64,000 nt of DNA. It comes from Candidatus Poribacteria bacterium. GTDB lineage: Bacteria > Poribacteria > WGA-4E > WGA-3G. The stretch covers positions 192,001 to 256,000 of the forward strand of contig CBDBFU010000012.1 of assembly GCA_965205025.1 (NCBI GenBank), written 5' to 3'. Positions 28,658 to 40,500 of the stretch are shown in pieces. Every line of letters starts with the position of its first letter. Position 1 is the stretch's first letter. The notes beneath the pieces were generated by a model, which had not been told where the DNA came from, searched no databases, and saw nothing but the letters and a program-made list of their open reading frames with translations. The position numbers were made by a program, and so were the translations under genes.

Positions 28658-30352
28658 CTACACTCGCATTACAACAGGTAGGACTAAAGGACTCCGTCGC
28701 ATCTGTTCGGTGAAAAATCTACGGAGAGCCGTTCGAATTTCATCCTGAATTGTTTCTGTTTCGTGCTTCTGTTCATCACTGAGATTTTCGATAACTCTCC
28801 GCGTGATTTCTTTCGCTTCTTCCACAAGTTCTTCAGATTCATCCATATATACAAAACCACGAGAAACTATTTCTGGTTCGGTTGCTATCGCACCACCATC
28901 ACTATGCATGACAATAATCGGTATAACCATACCATCTTGGGAAAGCTGAATTCTATCCCGTAATACGATATCTTCAAGTCCAATCTCCGGTTTCCCATCC
29001 ACCAATACTCTCCCTGATCGTCCCTCACGTTCATATACTTCACATGAATTAGCGGTGAGTTGTATGAGTTCACCGTCTTCTGCAACCCTAATATTATCTG
29101 CTGGTATCCCAACAGATTCAGCGAGTTCGGCATGTCGGATTAAATTTTGGTATTCACCGTGAATTGGGATGAAGAATTCTGGTTGTAGCAGATTTAACAT
29201 CAGTTTAAGATCTTCAGATGCCCCATGACCAGAAACATGCACATTTGCATTCTTTTCATGGAAAATATTAGCTCCGCGTCTAAGTAGATGATTAATTACA
29301 TTTCCAATGGATCTCTCATTTCCCGGAATCTGTCGGGCTGATATGACAACAGTGTCATTTGGTTCAATCTTCAAGAATGGATGATTGTCAAGGGCTAATA
29401 ATGCTAATGCTGATCTCGGTTCACCTTGACTACCAGTAGTAAATACCACGACCTCATCTGGTTTGAACATTGTCGCTTCACGCGCATCAATCAGAAAGTC
29501 CGGATTCATATCAAGATAACCAAGATCCATTGCAGTGCGGATATTATTGGTAAGAGAACGACCCGTAACAGCAACAAGACGCCGATGCTTTTCTGCCAAA
29601 TCAACAAATTGTTGGATTCTGTGAAGACTTGAGGAGAAGGTGCAGAGAAATAATTGTTGTTCAGTATTTTGAAAGATATTGTCTACAGCATCGTAAATGC
29701 TTCGTTCGGATGGAGTTTGACCAGGCCAGTTCGCATTTGTGCTATCTGAAAGCAGAAGGAGGACACCGTCACCACCTAAACGTGCAAGGGTTTGAATATC
29801 GGATAGTTTGCCATCCACTGGTGTTGTGTCAAATTTGAAGTCTCCTGTATGGACAATTATACCGGCAGGAGTGTGAAGTGCTATTGCTACGGCATCTGGT
29901 ATACTGTGCGTAACATAAATGAATTCAGCCGAAAAATCTCCTAATTCTACCTGATCACCCGGTTCAATTACATTCAATTGTGCTTCTGCCAAAACACCAT
30001 ATTCTTTTAACCGACCTGTTGCTATTGAAAGTGTTAACTGTGTGCCGTAAACAGGAGCATTAATCTGTTGTAGGACATACGCTAAAGCACCAATGTGATC
30101 CTCATGACCATGTGTTAGAAGGATTCCACGAACTTTTTCTTGTCTTTCAACCAGATAATGGATATCTGGGAAAATCAGATCAACACCGGGCATGTCTGAA
30201 CTGGGTAACATGAAACCTGTGTCAATGACAAGGATGTCATTTTCGGTTTCATAGACCATCATGTTTAACCCGAATTCTCCTAATCCTCCTAATGGAATTA
30301 TCGATATATTATGGTTAGATATGTTATCACTCCTATAAAATGTATTTGTCAT
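28658..30352 (-). CDS. rnj: Ribonuclease J
   Basis: PLGGLGEFG.NM, THGHEDHIG, HSIPD, HTGDFK, GSQGEP, HVSGH, PIHGEY. Confidence 0.96.
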   Translation of the reverse strand: MTNTFYRSDNISNHNISIIPLGGLGEFGLNMMVYETENDILVIDTGFMLPSSDMPGVDLIFPDIHYLVERQEKVRGILLTHGHEDHIGALAYVLQQINAPVYGTQLTLSIATGRLKEYGVLAEAQLNVIEPGDQVELGDFSAEFIYVTHSIPDAVAIALHTPAGIIVHTGDFKFDTTPVDGKLSDIQTLARLGGDGVLLLLSDSTNANWPGQTPSERSIYDAVDNIFQNTEQQLFLCTFSSSLHRIQQFVDLAEKHRRLVAVTGRSLTNNIRTAMDLGYLDMNPDFLIDAREATMFKPDEVVVFTTGSQGEPRSALALLALDNHPFLKIEPNDTVVISARQIPGNERSIGNVINHLLRRGANIFHEKNANVHVSGHGASEDLKLMLNLLQPEFFIPIHGEYQNLIRHAELAESVGIPADNIRVAEDGELIQLTANSCEVYEREGRSGRVLVDGKPEIGLEDIVLRDRIQLSQDGMVIPIIVMHSDGGAIATEPEIVSRGFVYMDESEELVEEAKEITRRVIENLSDEQKHETETIQDEIRTALRRFFTEQMRRSPLVLPVVMRV

Positions 30353-30434
30353 TTGTATGTTATATCAGTCTGTCTACTTATATAATGGATATCTACATAC
30401 TTATCACTAATTTATAGTTCAATTTTTGACACAC

Positions 30435-31460
30435 TTATTTCCAATCAAGGTGAGAGAAATCGTAATTTGTTGATGTGATTTGCTGCAGATTTCCCGTTAA
30501 TACATCAACAATAAAAATCTCACTTGTACGCCTGCGATCCGAATCTGAACCAATAAAAGCAACCTGACGACTATCAGGAGACCATACTGGGGCACGACCT
30601 GCATATAGACTTAAGTTAATATACCCACTAAATTGTCCGTTTTCCACTTTGGCAACGCATACATTTCCAGATGTAATAAATAATATCTTCTTACCATCTG
30701 GGGACCATTTTTCGACCTTATCACAGGGTGGTTCGTTGCGCTGCAGATACCAAGTCCTACCCATACTGACAACATCTGGTTCTGCAAGTGCCAAATACCC
30801 ATCTGTGATAAATGCTATCCAATTTTTGTCTGGTGACCACTCTGGCCAATTTGTCCCTTCTGGTAATACTTCAAGCAATCTCCTATGAGGTTCTTTTACC
30901 TTTTTACCGTTTACATCCCAATGTAACCATCCTTTTGTCCACCGTTCACTCCGCCATCGTTTAATTTCTCCATCAACAGTTACCACCCAATTCTCTAAAC
31001 GATCTTTGGGACGATCAATTTCGACCACTACCAATACAGCGTCGTTATTGGGTGACCACCAAAAATCATGTATAGCAAACACCTTCTTGATAAGACGTTT
31101 CTTCTCTGTGCCATCAGAAAACATGATGTATAACGACTTTGCTTCGTCAATACCAGAAATGTATGCTATTCGTTTCCTATCCATTGAGATTTTTGGCATA
31201 CGCGAAATACCATTATCCGTTAGTTTGCTATAATTTGTTCCATCTGGATTCATTATACCGATGTTATACTGGTAGAAATCCCACCATTTCTTAGTATCCC
31301 TTCCTTTCTCCAGACGTCCCGTTGAGGCACGAAAACCGTCTTCAGTTAAAAAAGGTTCACGGACTGCAAAGACCAATTTACCCGCAGATTCCTCTGCAGA
31401 CACAATCCCATTTGCTATGAGAACTAATATGAGAATTCCGAGAAGATTCTTAATTTGCAT
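30435..31460 (-). CDS. TolB-like beta-propeller exported protein
   Basis: Signal peptide; PD40-type WSPD/WSPN repeats. Confidence 0.75.
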   Translation of the reverse strand: MQIKNLLGILILVLIANGIVSAEESAGKLVFAVREPFLTEDGFRASTGRLEKGRDTKKWWDFYQYNIGIMNPDGTNYSKLTDNGISRMPKISMDRKRIAYISGIDEAKSLYIMFSDGTEKKRLIKKVFAIHDFWWSPNNDAVLVVVEIDRPKDRLENWVVTVDGEIKRWRSERWTKGWLHWDVNGKKVKEPHRRLLEVLPEGTNWPEWSPDKNWIAFITDGYLALAEPDVVSMGRTWYLQRNEPPCDKVEKWSPDGKKILFITSGNVCVAKVENGQFSGYINLSLYAGRAPVWSPDSRQVAFIGSDSDRRRTSEIFIVDVLTGNLQQITSTNYDFSHLDWK

Positions 31461-31511
31461 AATTTCTTATTATCCTAAAGTGAGTTTGGTGTATGAGAAC
31501 TGTAATAGATA

Positions 31512-34067
31512 TTAAACAACGATATTAACCAAATTATTCTTTGACACAACTATTACTTTTCTGATCGTCTTCCCTTCAATAAACTTTTGTATTTTTTCAT
31601 CGGCAACTGCGGCTTCTTCTTTCTGTTCGTCGGTTGCTTCCGCAGGGAGTTGTAGACGGCTCCGAAGTTTTCCGTTTACTTGCACAACTATAGTGATGGT
31701 AGCTGTTTCAAGAATACTTTCGTCGTATTCTGGCCATGTAGTATGTGCTATAAATCCTGATTCACCGAGACGATGCCACAATTCTTGGGTGATATGAGGA
31801 GCATAGGGCGCAAGTAAACGCAGGAAGATTTTAACTGTCTCTGTAGATAGTGATTTTTCTTGAGTTGCAGCATTGACGAATATCATCATTTGGCTAATTG
31901 CCGTATTCATCTTATCTACCGATTCGGTATCTACAGTAACTTGTTTGATGGTTTTATGGAGTTCTCTCCAAAGCTCAGAGTCATCTGAACCTGGGCGGTC
32001 GGTCAACTTTTTGCTGAGTTCACCATTCTGTTCATCAACTACCAATCTCCAAGTACGTTGTAGGAATCGATAAACCCCCTCAACGCCAGCATCCTGCCAC
32101 GGTGTACTTGCGGTAACAGGTCCAATAAACAATAGGTATAGACGAAGGGCATCAGCTCCATACTTATCAATAACATCATTTGGATTAATGACATTGAACC
32201 GGGACTTTGACATCTTCTCTAATTGAACATTGAGAGATGTACCAGATGTCTTTACTACAGTTTCATCCCCGTTTCGTTCGACTTCATGCGGATAATAGTA
32301 TTTACCTGCATCATCTTGAAAGGATTCTGCCAAAATCGTACCTTGGTTAAGAAGTCCTTGGAAAGGTTCTTTTGTGGATACCATCCCTGAATCATATAAT
32401 ACTTTGTGCCAAAAACGTGCATATAGTAGATGAAGTACGGCGTGTTCCGCTCCACCCATATAAAGGTCTACTGGCATCCAGTACTGTTCAAGAGCGGTAT
32501 CAAATGGAACATCCGTATTGTGAGCATCCAAAAATCTGAGATAATACCAACATGAACCTGCCCATTGTGGCATTATGTTTGTTTCTCGTGTGGCAATTTG
32601 ACCATCAGGAAGTTTAACTTTTAACCACGTTTCATCCGCACGAGCAAGCGGTGGTTTCCCATCTTCAGTAGGCTTATACGCATCAATTGGTGGAAGTTCC
32701 ACAGGCAAATGATTATCTGGAAGTGGTACGATTGTACCATCCTCAAGATGCGCAAGAGGGAACGGTTCACCCCAATAGCGTTGACGCGAAAAAAGCCAGT
32801 CTCGAAGACGGTATTGTATCTGTCCTTCCCCCTTCTTCTCTGCTTCAAGCCATGCAATCATCCTTTTCTTTGCATCATCTACACGTAACCCGTTGAGAAA
32901 ATCGGAGTTTACACAAACACCGTCTTCTTCAAACGGCTCCTCTTCAATAGGTTTTTCACCACCACTGATAACCTCTATTATAGGAATCCCAAAGGTTGTT
33001 GCGAATTCATGGTCTCGTTCATCATGCCCCGGAACAGCCATGATGGCACCAGTACCATACGTCATAAGGACATAGTCCGCTACCCAGATAGGGACAGGTT
33101 GGTTGTTGCATGGGTTAATGGCATAAGCACCTGTGAAGACACCGGTTTTTTCAGTAGCAAGGTCTGTCCGTTGCAGATCAGATTTATTTGAGGCTTCTTG
33201 AACATAATCGTAAACTGAGGAAACCGCATCAGGGTGTGTTATTTGAGATACAAGTGGATGTTCCGGTGCTAAAACACAATAGGTTGCACCGAAGAGTGTA
33301 TCTGGACGGGTTGTGAAAACCGTGAACGTATCATTTCTATCTTTTATACGGAAAGTTATTTCTGCCCCTTCAGATTTGCCAATCCAATGTCTCTGCATCT
33401 CTTTGAGACCATCAGGCCACTCCAATTGATCTAAGTCGTTCAACAGACGTTCTGCATAGGCAGTGATTTTCAGCATCCATTGATGCATTAACCGTCTTTC
33501 AACGGGGTCACCTGTATCAACGTATTTTCCATCTTTTACTTCTTCATTTGAAAGTACTGTACCTAATGCTGGACACCAATTGACAGGGACATCAGCAAGA
33601 TATGCCAAGTCTTTTTTATACAGTTGGAGAAAGATCCATTGTGTCCATCTGTAATATTCTGGTATTGAGGTGTCGATTTTCCGAGACCAATCGTAGGAAA
33701 GGCCGATACGTTGAATCTGCTGTTGAAATGTCTGAGTATTCCGTTTGGTAATACGTGCCGGATGTTCATTTTCGCGTACCGCTGTCCGTTCTGTAGGGAG
33801 TCCGAAAGCATCCCAACCCATCGGGTGCATGACATTATATCCCTGCATGCGTTTAAAATTTGCCAGAACATCGGTCGGTACGTAGTTTTTAGTATGCCCC
33901 ATGTGTAATCCAGCACCAGAAGTATAAGGAAACATTCCGAGTACATAGTATTTCGGTTTTTTCGATAATATCTCAATATCGTTTGGAATTTTAAATGCTT
34001 CTTTTTCTTTCCATTCTGATTGCCAATACGGTTCTATTTCCCCAGGGGCATAACTATCTGTCTCCAT
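31512..34067 (-). CDS. leuS: Leucine--tRNA ligase
   Basis: MFPYTSGAGLHMGH (HIGH), FTTRPDTLFG editing domain, KMSKS, VQVNGKLR. Confidence 0.98.
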   Translation of the reverse strand: METDSYAPGEIEPYWQSEWKEKEAFKIPNDIEILSKKPKYYVLGMFPYTSGAGLHMGHTKNYVPTDVLANFKRMQGYNVMHPMGWDAFGLPTERTAVRENEHPARITKRNTQTFQQQIQRIGLSYDWSRKIDTSIPEYYRWTQWIFLQLYKKDLAYLADVPVNWCPALGTVLSNEEVKDGKYVDTGDPVERRLMHQWMLKITAYAERLLNDLDQLEWPDGLKEMQRHWIGKSEGAEITFRIKDRNDTFTVFTTRPDTLFGATYCVLAPEHPLVSQITHPDAVSSVYDYVQEASNKSDLQRTDLATEKTGVFTGAYAINPCNNQPVPIWVADYVLMTYGTGAIMAVPGHDERDHEFATTFGIPIIEVISGGEKPIEEEPFEEDGVCVNSDFLNGLRVDDAKKRMIAWLEAEKKGEGQIQYRLRDWLFSRQRYWGEPFPLAHLEDGTIVPLPDNHLPVELPPIDAYKPTEDGKPPLARADETWLKVKLPDGQIATRETNIMPQWAGSCWYYLRFLDAHNTDVPFDTALEQYWMPVDLYMGGAEHAVLHLLYARFWHKVLYDSGMVSTKEPFQGLLNQGTILAESFQDDAGKYYYPHEVERNGDETVVKTSGTSLNVQLEKMSKSRFNVINPNDVIDKYGADALRLYLLFIGPVTASTPWQDAGVEGVYRFLQRTWRLVVDEQNGELSKKLTDRPGSDDSELWRELHKTIKQVTVDTESVDKMNTAISQMMIFVNAATQEKSLSTETVKIFLRLLAPYAPHITQELWHRLGESGFIAHTTWPEYDESILETATITIVVQVNGKLRSRLQLPAEATDEQKEEAAVADEKIQKFIEGKTIRKVIVVSKNNLVNIVV

Positions 34068-34254
34068 TGGATTGTCTCTCCTTTAAATGCCGATTTCACA
34101 CACACTCTTATAACACTATTTCAATTGATTGGTGCAAAATTAATCCACAATTTTATGTATATATGGTATACTCGTTATCGTTATAAAATTCTAACATATC
34201 ATGCTATACACTGTCAAAATAAATCATTGAGTATTCCTACTTGTTTCCATATAA

Positions 34255-35715
34255 TTGGAGAAGCAAACATTGAAGTTTAATTTATCTCGTCGAGAATTTA
34301 TACGATACGGATCAATTGCAACTGCCTCTGCTGCTGTAGGTTTTGGGTTTACAGGTGTAAGTCGAAAATTAATTAAACATGTTCCAGGTTTCAAACCTGA
34401 ACCTCCTTACGTTTTTGTTCCAAGTCCTAATCAACTTATTGAATTGCCAGAAGGTTTTTCAGTTCATGCTTTTTCAAGAACAGGTGAAAAGATGGACGAT
34501 GGACTCTGGGTTCCCGGTAAGCATGATGGAATGGCTGCATTTCCTGGTCCAAACGGAAAAACCATTCTTATTCGAAATCATGAGTTAACTGCTGCAGATA
34601 AGATTGTCGGTCCTTTTGGTTGGAATAACGAAAAACTCAATCTTGTTGACACTAATAAAATCTACGATATGGGTTCAAAAGAAGCACCTTGCCTCGGAGG
34701 AACAACAACGCTCATTTATGATACACGTACAGGTACATTAGACAATCATTTCCTAAGTCTTGTAGGAACAATCCGGAATTGTGCTGGTGGACTAACGCCT
34801 TGGAACACATGGCTGTCTTGTGAGGAAGCTGTACAAAAGACAGAGAATACCTTTGAACAAGACCACGGATATAACTTTGAAGTCCCAGTTACCACAACTC
34901 ATGGATTAGTAAATGCAACACCTTTAAAGGCGATGGGGCGTTTTAATCATGAAGCAGTCGCTGTTGATGAAAAAACGGGTATTGTCTATCAAACCGAAGA
35001 TAGAAACGATGGGTTATTTTATCGATATATACCAGATAAACCAGGAGAACTCATAAAAGGTGGACGACTCCAGGCTTTGAAAATACGAGATAAGAAGGCA
35101 GCCGATACCCGCAATTGGAAAACCACACTAAATAAGTATGTACCGTGGACTTATAACCCGTATCCTGTGTTACAGGAACTTTCTGTCGAATGGGTAGATA
35201 TTGAAAATGTAGAATCACCCGATGACGATCTCCGTAAGCAAGGTGTTGAAGGGAAGGACGCTGCAGTTTTTGCCCGAGGTGAAGGTATATGGTATAGTGG
35301 TGACGCACTATATTTTACCTGCACAAATGGAGGGGTTGAACTGAAGGGACAAATATGGAAATATATACCCAGTCCTTACGAAGGTACAAGCCGGGAACAG
35401 AAAAAACCTGGAATACTTCAGCTATTTATTGAACCGAATGACAGCAATCTTCTTGAAAATGCTGACAATATTGCAGTTGCTCCATGGGGAGATCTAATTA
35501 TTTGTGAAGATGGACCAGGAGAACAGTACATTGTAGGTGTAACACCAGAAGGAAAAACCTATCAATTTGCAAAGAATGTATCTAACACCTCTGAGTTTGC
35601 TGGCTCTGTTTTCTCACCCGATGGTACAACAATGTTTGTCAATATCCAGACTCCAGGAATAACCCTTGCCATTACCGGTCCTTGGGGTGAAATTCGGCAA
35701 CGACAGTTAGCATAA
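34255..35715 (+). CDS. phoX: PhoX-family alkaline phosphatase (DUF839), Tat-exported
   Basis: SRREFI Tat motif, HDGMAAF, RNHE, NCAGGLTPW.TWLSCEE, GRFNHEA, RGEG, ADN, SEFAG. Confidence 0.9.
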   Translation: MEKQTLKFNLSRREFIRYGSIATASAAVGFGFTGVSRKLIKHVPGFKPEPPYVFVPSPNQLIELPEGFSVHAFSRTGEKMDDGLWVPGKHDGMAAFPGPNGKTILIRNHELTAADKIVGPFGWNNEKLNLVDTNKIYDMGSKEAPCLGGTTTLIYDTRTGTLDNHFLSLVGTIRNCAGGLTPWNTWLSCEEAVQKTENTFEQDHGYNFEVPVTTTHGLVNATPLKAMGRFNHEAVAVDEKTGIVYQTEDRNDGLFYRYIPDKPGELIKGGRLQALKIRDKKAADTRNWKTTLNKYVPWTYNPYPVLQELSVEWVDIENVESPDDDLRKQGVEGKDAAVFARGEGIWYSGDALYFTCTNGGVELKGQIWKYIPSPYEGTSREQKKPGILQLFIEPNDSNLLENADNIAVAPWGDLIICEDGPGEQYIVGVTPEGKTYQFAKNVSNTSEFAGSVFSPDGTTMFVNIQTPGITLAITGPWGEIRQRQLA

Positions 35716-35969
35716 GAACTTCCCACCTTTCGTCATGTATGATAAATCGGAAGAGATCATACATCTACTTTGAATAACACCTTTGTTATTACTATTTTGG
35801 TTTATAAAGTGCCAACGGTTTTAAGACAAAAATGTCTTATTTTTTATATTAGTGTAATCAATGATAAGCTTGTTTTTACTCAAAATAGTGAAAATTAGGT
35901 TTTTTACCATACTTCCAGAAACTGTCTAAGGAAATATATCAACTAATAACTGATTGCAGGGAGATAAAA

Positions 35970-36332
35970 ATGAACGTAAATTGGCAAAGACTAAATAATA
36001 CTTGGCACATATTCTGTGAGGATACGATAAATATCATCCCTCATGGTTCTGAAGGTGTCTATGTAATTTTTACAAATTATAATAACATCCCCATAGCTAA
36101 TTATGTTGGTAAAGGACACATCAAAGAAAGACTTAAAGAATATACTTTGTTTCATCCAATGAGAGAACGCAGGATGAACACAGGTTCATTATATGTAACA
36201 TGGACATATATAACTGATGAGAATGAACAACGTAATGCCGAAGCGTATCTTATACAGAAACTTTACCCAATAGAAAATAAACAACGTCCATTTCCAATGA
36301 ATCCATATTTTACCATGAATCTTCCTTGGTGA
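35970..36332 (+). CDS. Stand-alone small GIY-YIG nuclease-like protein
   Basis: GVYVIF...YVGKG..KERL, AEAYLI...P.EN: the Y, Y-x-G, R, E and N positions are all present. Confidence 0.7.
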   Translation: MNVNWQRLNNTWHIFCEDTINIIPHGSEGVYVIFTNYNNIPIANYVGKGHIKERLKEYTLFHPMRERRMNTGSLYVTWTYITDENEQRNAEAYLIQKLYPIENKQRPFPMNPYFTMNLPW

Positions 36333-36360
36333 TAAGAACAAGCGGTGAAAACTATAAGAT

Positions 36361-37329
36361 ATGCCTTATAAAGAAAGTCCTTACTTTTGCACCCCTTCAC
36401 GAGATGCCATAATCTGGCGATACATGTCTATAGACAAATTTATGTTAATACTGAATAGTCAAACACTTTATTTTCCTAATATTTACAAATTCAATGACAA
36501 AAGTGAAGGAACATTATCAGATAAATCTTTAGAGGAAGTTTATAAGACAAACTTATTTAATGAAGAGAATACACCCATAAAACAAGATGAAGCGTTCATT
36601 AAGCAGAAAGAATATATAGAACAATCAGCGGAATTACAGACAAAAGAACAATTAGAAGAAAAAATAATGACACTACACTCATTTGCAACATTGCTAAAAG
36701 ACTTTTCGAACCATTTCATGTTTTGTAGCTGTTGGTTTAGAAAAGAACATGAAAGTTTTATAATGTGGGGAGAATATGGTGATAAAAGACACCCATCATC
36801 CATAGCCCTTCAAACGACTATTGGAGATCTCATTGATAGTTTTGTTGAATATGATGAAGATTATGATGTTCACATAGGTAAGGTAAAATATAAAGATTAT
36901 CGTGAAGAACATATTGAGGGCTACGAGAACTTTGAACAAGAGAACTTAAACAATCCTGATAATGTACTTAAATTATTTTATGCTCCAATTCTACACAAGA
37001 AAAAGGTATTTAATGACGAACATGAAGTCAGGGCAACTATTTCATTCAAATCTATTTGCAAACATCACTTAGAAGTTCAAGTTGATACATCAAACATACC
37101 ATTTTACAGCGATAGAATGTTCACACCAGACTCCAGATACTTCAGTTCAGATACGACTAACTTAATGGATGACGTGCCCTCTGACGGTATCCCAATTAGA
37201 ATTAACATAAGCAAATTAATCAAGACTGTTGCAATATCTAAAATTGGATGGGAATATTTTCAAAAACCATTGGTAGAATTGTTAAAAAACAATAATTTAT
37301 CTCCAGAAATCGTTATTTCTGATATATAG
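36361..37329 (+). CDS. DUF2971-like protein
   Basis: IWRYMS..KF, FNDKSEG, FCSCW, ES..MW..Y, GKVKY, K..F.DEHEVR. Confidence 0.7.
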   Translation: MPYKESPYFCTPSRDAIIWRYMSIDKFMLILNSQTLYFPNIYKFNDKSEGTLSDKSLEEVYKTNLFNEENTPIKQDEAFIKQKEYIEQSAELQTKEQLEEKIMTLHSFATLLKDFSNHFMFCSCWFRKEHESFIMWGEYGDKRHPSSIALQTTIGDLIDSFVEYDEDYDVHIGKVKYKDYREEHIEGYENFEQENLNNPDNVLKLFYAPILHKKKVFNDEHEVRATISFKSICKHHLEVQVDTSNIPFYSDRMFTPDSRYFSSDTTNLMDDVPSDGIPIRINISKLIKTVAISKIGWEYFQKPLVELLKNNNLSPEIVISDI

Positions 37330-37509
37330 TTGATTATTCTGTTGATAAATATATTTGTGTCATTGTTCCACGATGTGGCGTATTTATCAAACCATGAATA
37401 ATAGTATGAAAATGCTGAAAGTTGTTATACTTGAAGAGCGATCTATAATCTGATAACAAGTTGTCAAAGCGGAGAAGAGGATTCATTGCAATTAGGAGTC
37501 GTAAACACT

Positions 37510-40500
37510 ATGAAAAAACATCTGTCTCGGTTTATCCTTATTTCCACTGCTCTTTTATTTTATATCACCCAAAACGTTGCAGCACAGCAGAATCTTACAC
37601 AAGATGTATATGCAATCATAGAGCAATCCTGCCTGATATGTCACGGTGAAAACGGTTCCTATAGAGAATCACTGATCATTGAACACAAAGCACTCATTGA
37701 GAATGGAAAAATTATCCCCGGCGATCCAGAAAGTTCTGTGTTCTATCAACGACTCATCGAAACGGATGTTGCTACAAGGATGCCGCTCGGACAACCACCA
37801 CTAACCTCTGCAGCGATAGAAACAATACGCCAATGGATTGCTGCGGGTGCACCCGATTGGAATACCCCTGTCAGAGCAAATACAGACTTCATCACCCCTC
37901 AAGCCATGCTTGAGACAATTGAGGCACATGTCCAATCCATTCCACCTTTTGACCGCACCTTTGCACGTTACTTTACATCAACCCATCTCTACAACGCAGG
38001 TGAATCGGATGAAGCATTAAAAGCCTATCAACGTGCCCTCTCTAAACTTGTCAATAGCCTCTCTTGGGGACGCGAAATCGTCAAACCGAAAGCAATTGAT
38101 CCTATAGGAACTATCTTCTACATTGATCTGCGAGACTATCAATGGGAGGTCGGCACTAACCGATGGACACAGATTGAAAGAATCTATCCCTACACGGATG
38201 AATACAACGCACCTTCTGAGACATCGCTCCATGAAAAACTGACAAGTTTGCAAGAAGAACTGAACTGCCAGGTGCCGTTTATTCATGTAGATTGGTTCGT
38301 CGCAAACGCCTCCTTGCCACCCCTCTATCACGATATTTTGCAGCTGCCACTGACAGAACGAGAACTTGAAGAAAAACTTGAGGTATCAGTTAAAGAAAAT
38401 ATTCAGAACGCCCCTGGGAAACGTGTCTGGCGCGCGGGTTTTAACGATTCTGGGGTCTCAAACCACAACAGAGTTGTAGAACGACACACTTTTCAACACG
38501 GTGCATACTGGAAAAGCTACGATTTTGCTGGGAGTGTTGGTACACAGAACATCTTCACGCATCCAATCTCTTTTGAACACGACGGCAGCGAAATCATTTT
38601 CAACCTACCGAACGGACTGCAAGCATACTACCTTGCAAATCAAAATGGAAACCGACTGAATGTAGCACCCACAGACATCGTCTCAAACCCTGCAGTAAGT
38701 GACCCAGCAGTCCGAAATGGACTATCCTGTATCGGATGTCATACCGAAGGAATGAAACAATTTGAAGATGAAGTCCGGAACGTCGTCGAACAGAACGCAA
38801 ACCCACCCTACGACAAAGCACGTGCACTCAGCCTTTATGTGGAAAAAGCCACAATGGATGCACTCCTCGCACAGGATACAGAACGTTACCGACAAGCTCT
38901 TCAAAAAACTGGCGACGTGTTCGGCGGAATTGAACCCATTCAACGGTTCCATGAAGTCTTTCAAGGACCTATTGATTCAATACATGCCGCCGCATCTCTC
39001 GGACTACAAACCGAGATACTTATAAAAAATATCCAGCAGAATGTCGGACTACAAAACTTAGGATTGTTGGTTCTGGAGAACGGCACCATCAAACGGGATA
39101 CATGGACACAACAATGGACCGACATCGTTCATGCATTGGATTTCCCACAAGAAAGCATAGTAACACCCGTTGAACCGATCCCCGAACGCATTCCTGGAAC
39201 TATAGTTAATATCCCTAACCCAACCCTGCGTACTGCAATTGAAGAAGCACTTGGAAAACCCTCCGGTACACCAATTACAGTGGATGACATGGCAATACTG
39301 ACAACCCTTCATGGAGGTGGACAACCACCTCAAGATTTAGAGGGAATACAGTTCGCAACAAATCTCGAAAAATTATCTTTCTCACACGGTATAAATGATC
39401 TATCACCACTGGCAAGATTGACAAATTTGAAATATTTATCAATTTCTGGCTATCCTTTAGACCTGTCCCCACTGGCAGGATTGACAAATTTGGAGTATTT
39501 AAACATTGGTGGTCAAGACTTCGGTGTAACATCCGATACAGGACAGCTTAACAATGTTGGTTTTGATATATCGGCTTTAGCTGGATTAACAAAATTACAT
39601 ACGCTAAGACTTTTGGGTAAGAGAGTATACGACATATCACCTTTAGTTGGATTAACAGAATTACAGTGGCTAGATCTTGGGAATCTAAATCCTGGGGGTA
39701 ACCGAATATCCGACATCTCACCTTTAGCTGGATTAACAGAATTACAGAGGCTAAATCTTACAGGTAACCCAATATCCGACATCTCACCCCTTTCAGGGTT
39801 GATTAATTTGGAACGACTGTATCTCGGTGAGATGCACCACGAGGTTGTAGGGGGCGGGAATAATTTCAGTACCGCGCAAGGAGTACTATCTGATATATCG
39901 CCTTTAGTAGGGTTAACAAAATTACAGTCGTTATCCCTTAATAATAACAAAATATCCGACATTTCATCCCTCTCATCGTTGATTAATTTGGAACGACTGG
40001 ATCTGCGCTTCAACAACATATCCGAGGTTTCACCTCTCGCAAACTTGCAGAAATTGAGTGGCACATTAAATCTACTCGGCAACAACATATCCGAGGTTTC
40101 ACCTCTCGCAAACTTGGAGAATTTATTAGCGTTACAACTACAGTTTAACAAAATATCCAACATATCCCCTTTGGATGGATTACCAGAGAAAACAAGAGTC
40201 TTTTGGTATGGTAACCCGGGGTTCCCGAAAGGTGGTCCCAAAATAGAAGGACCATGGCTATGGGTACTGCTCCGCAACCTTCATGTTCCTCACGATGTTT
40301 TTATCCTGGAGGGGCGAAATGCTGTTTTCTGGGGGCGAAATGTTGTTTCATGGCGAAATTATGATTATTATGATTATCTTTCAGAAGCGAGTGACGGTAG
40401 TGTTACAGAACAAACAATCGCAGCCGATGGCGCGACTGAGGGGAACTCCGTCGGGGAACACGTATGGACCTCACATAAAATCAATCCTACTAACACTGAT

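Noticed and set aside
39330-40190. Diversity-generating retroelement TR/VR pair in the LRR repeats
   Set aside because: The repeats are all in-frame coding units, I saw no adenine-specific mismatch pattern, and there is no reverse transcriptase in the window.
39513-40277. 254-aa minus-strand ORF
   Set aside because: Antisense shadow of the LRR repeats.
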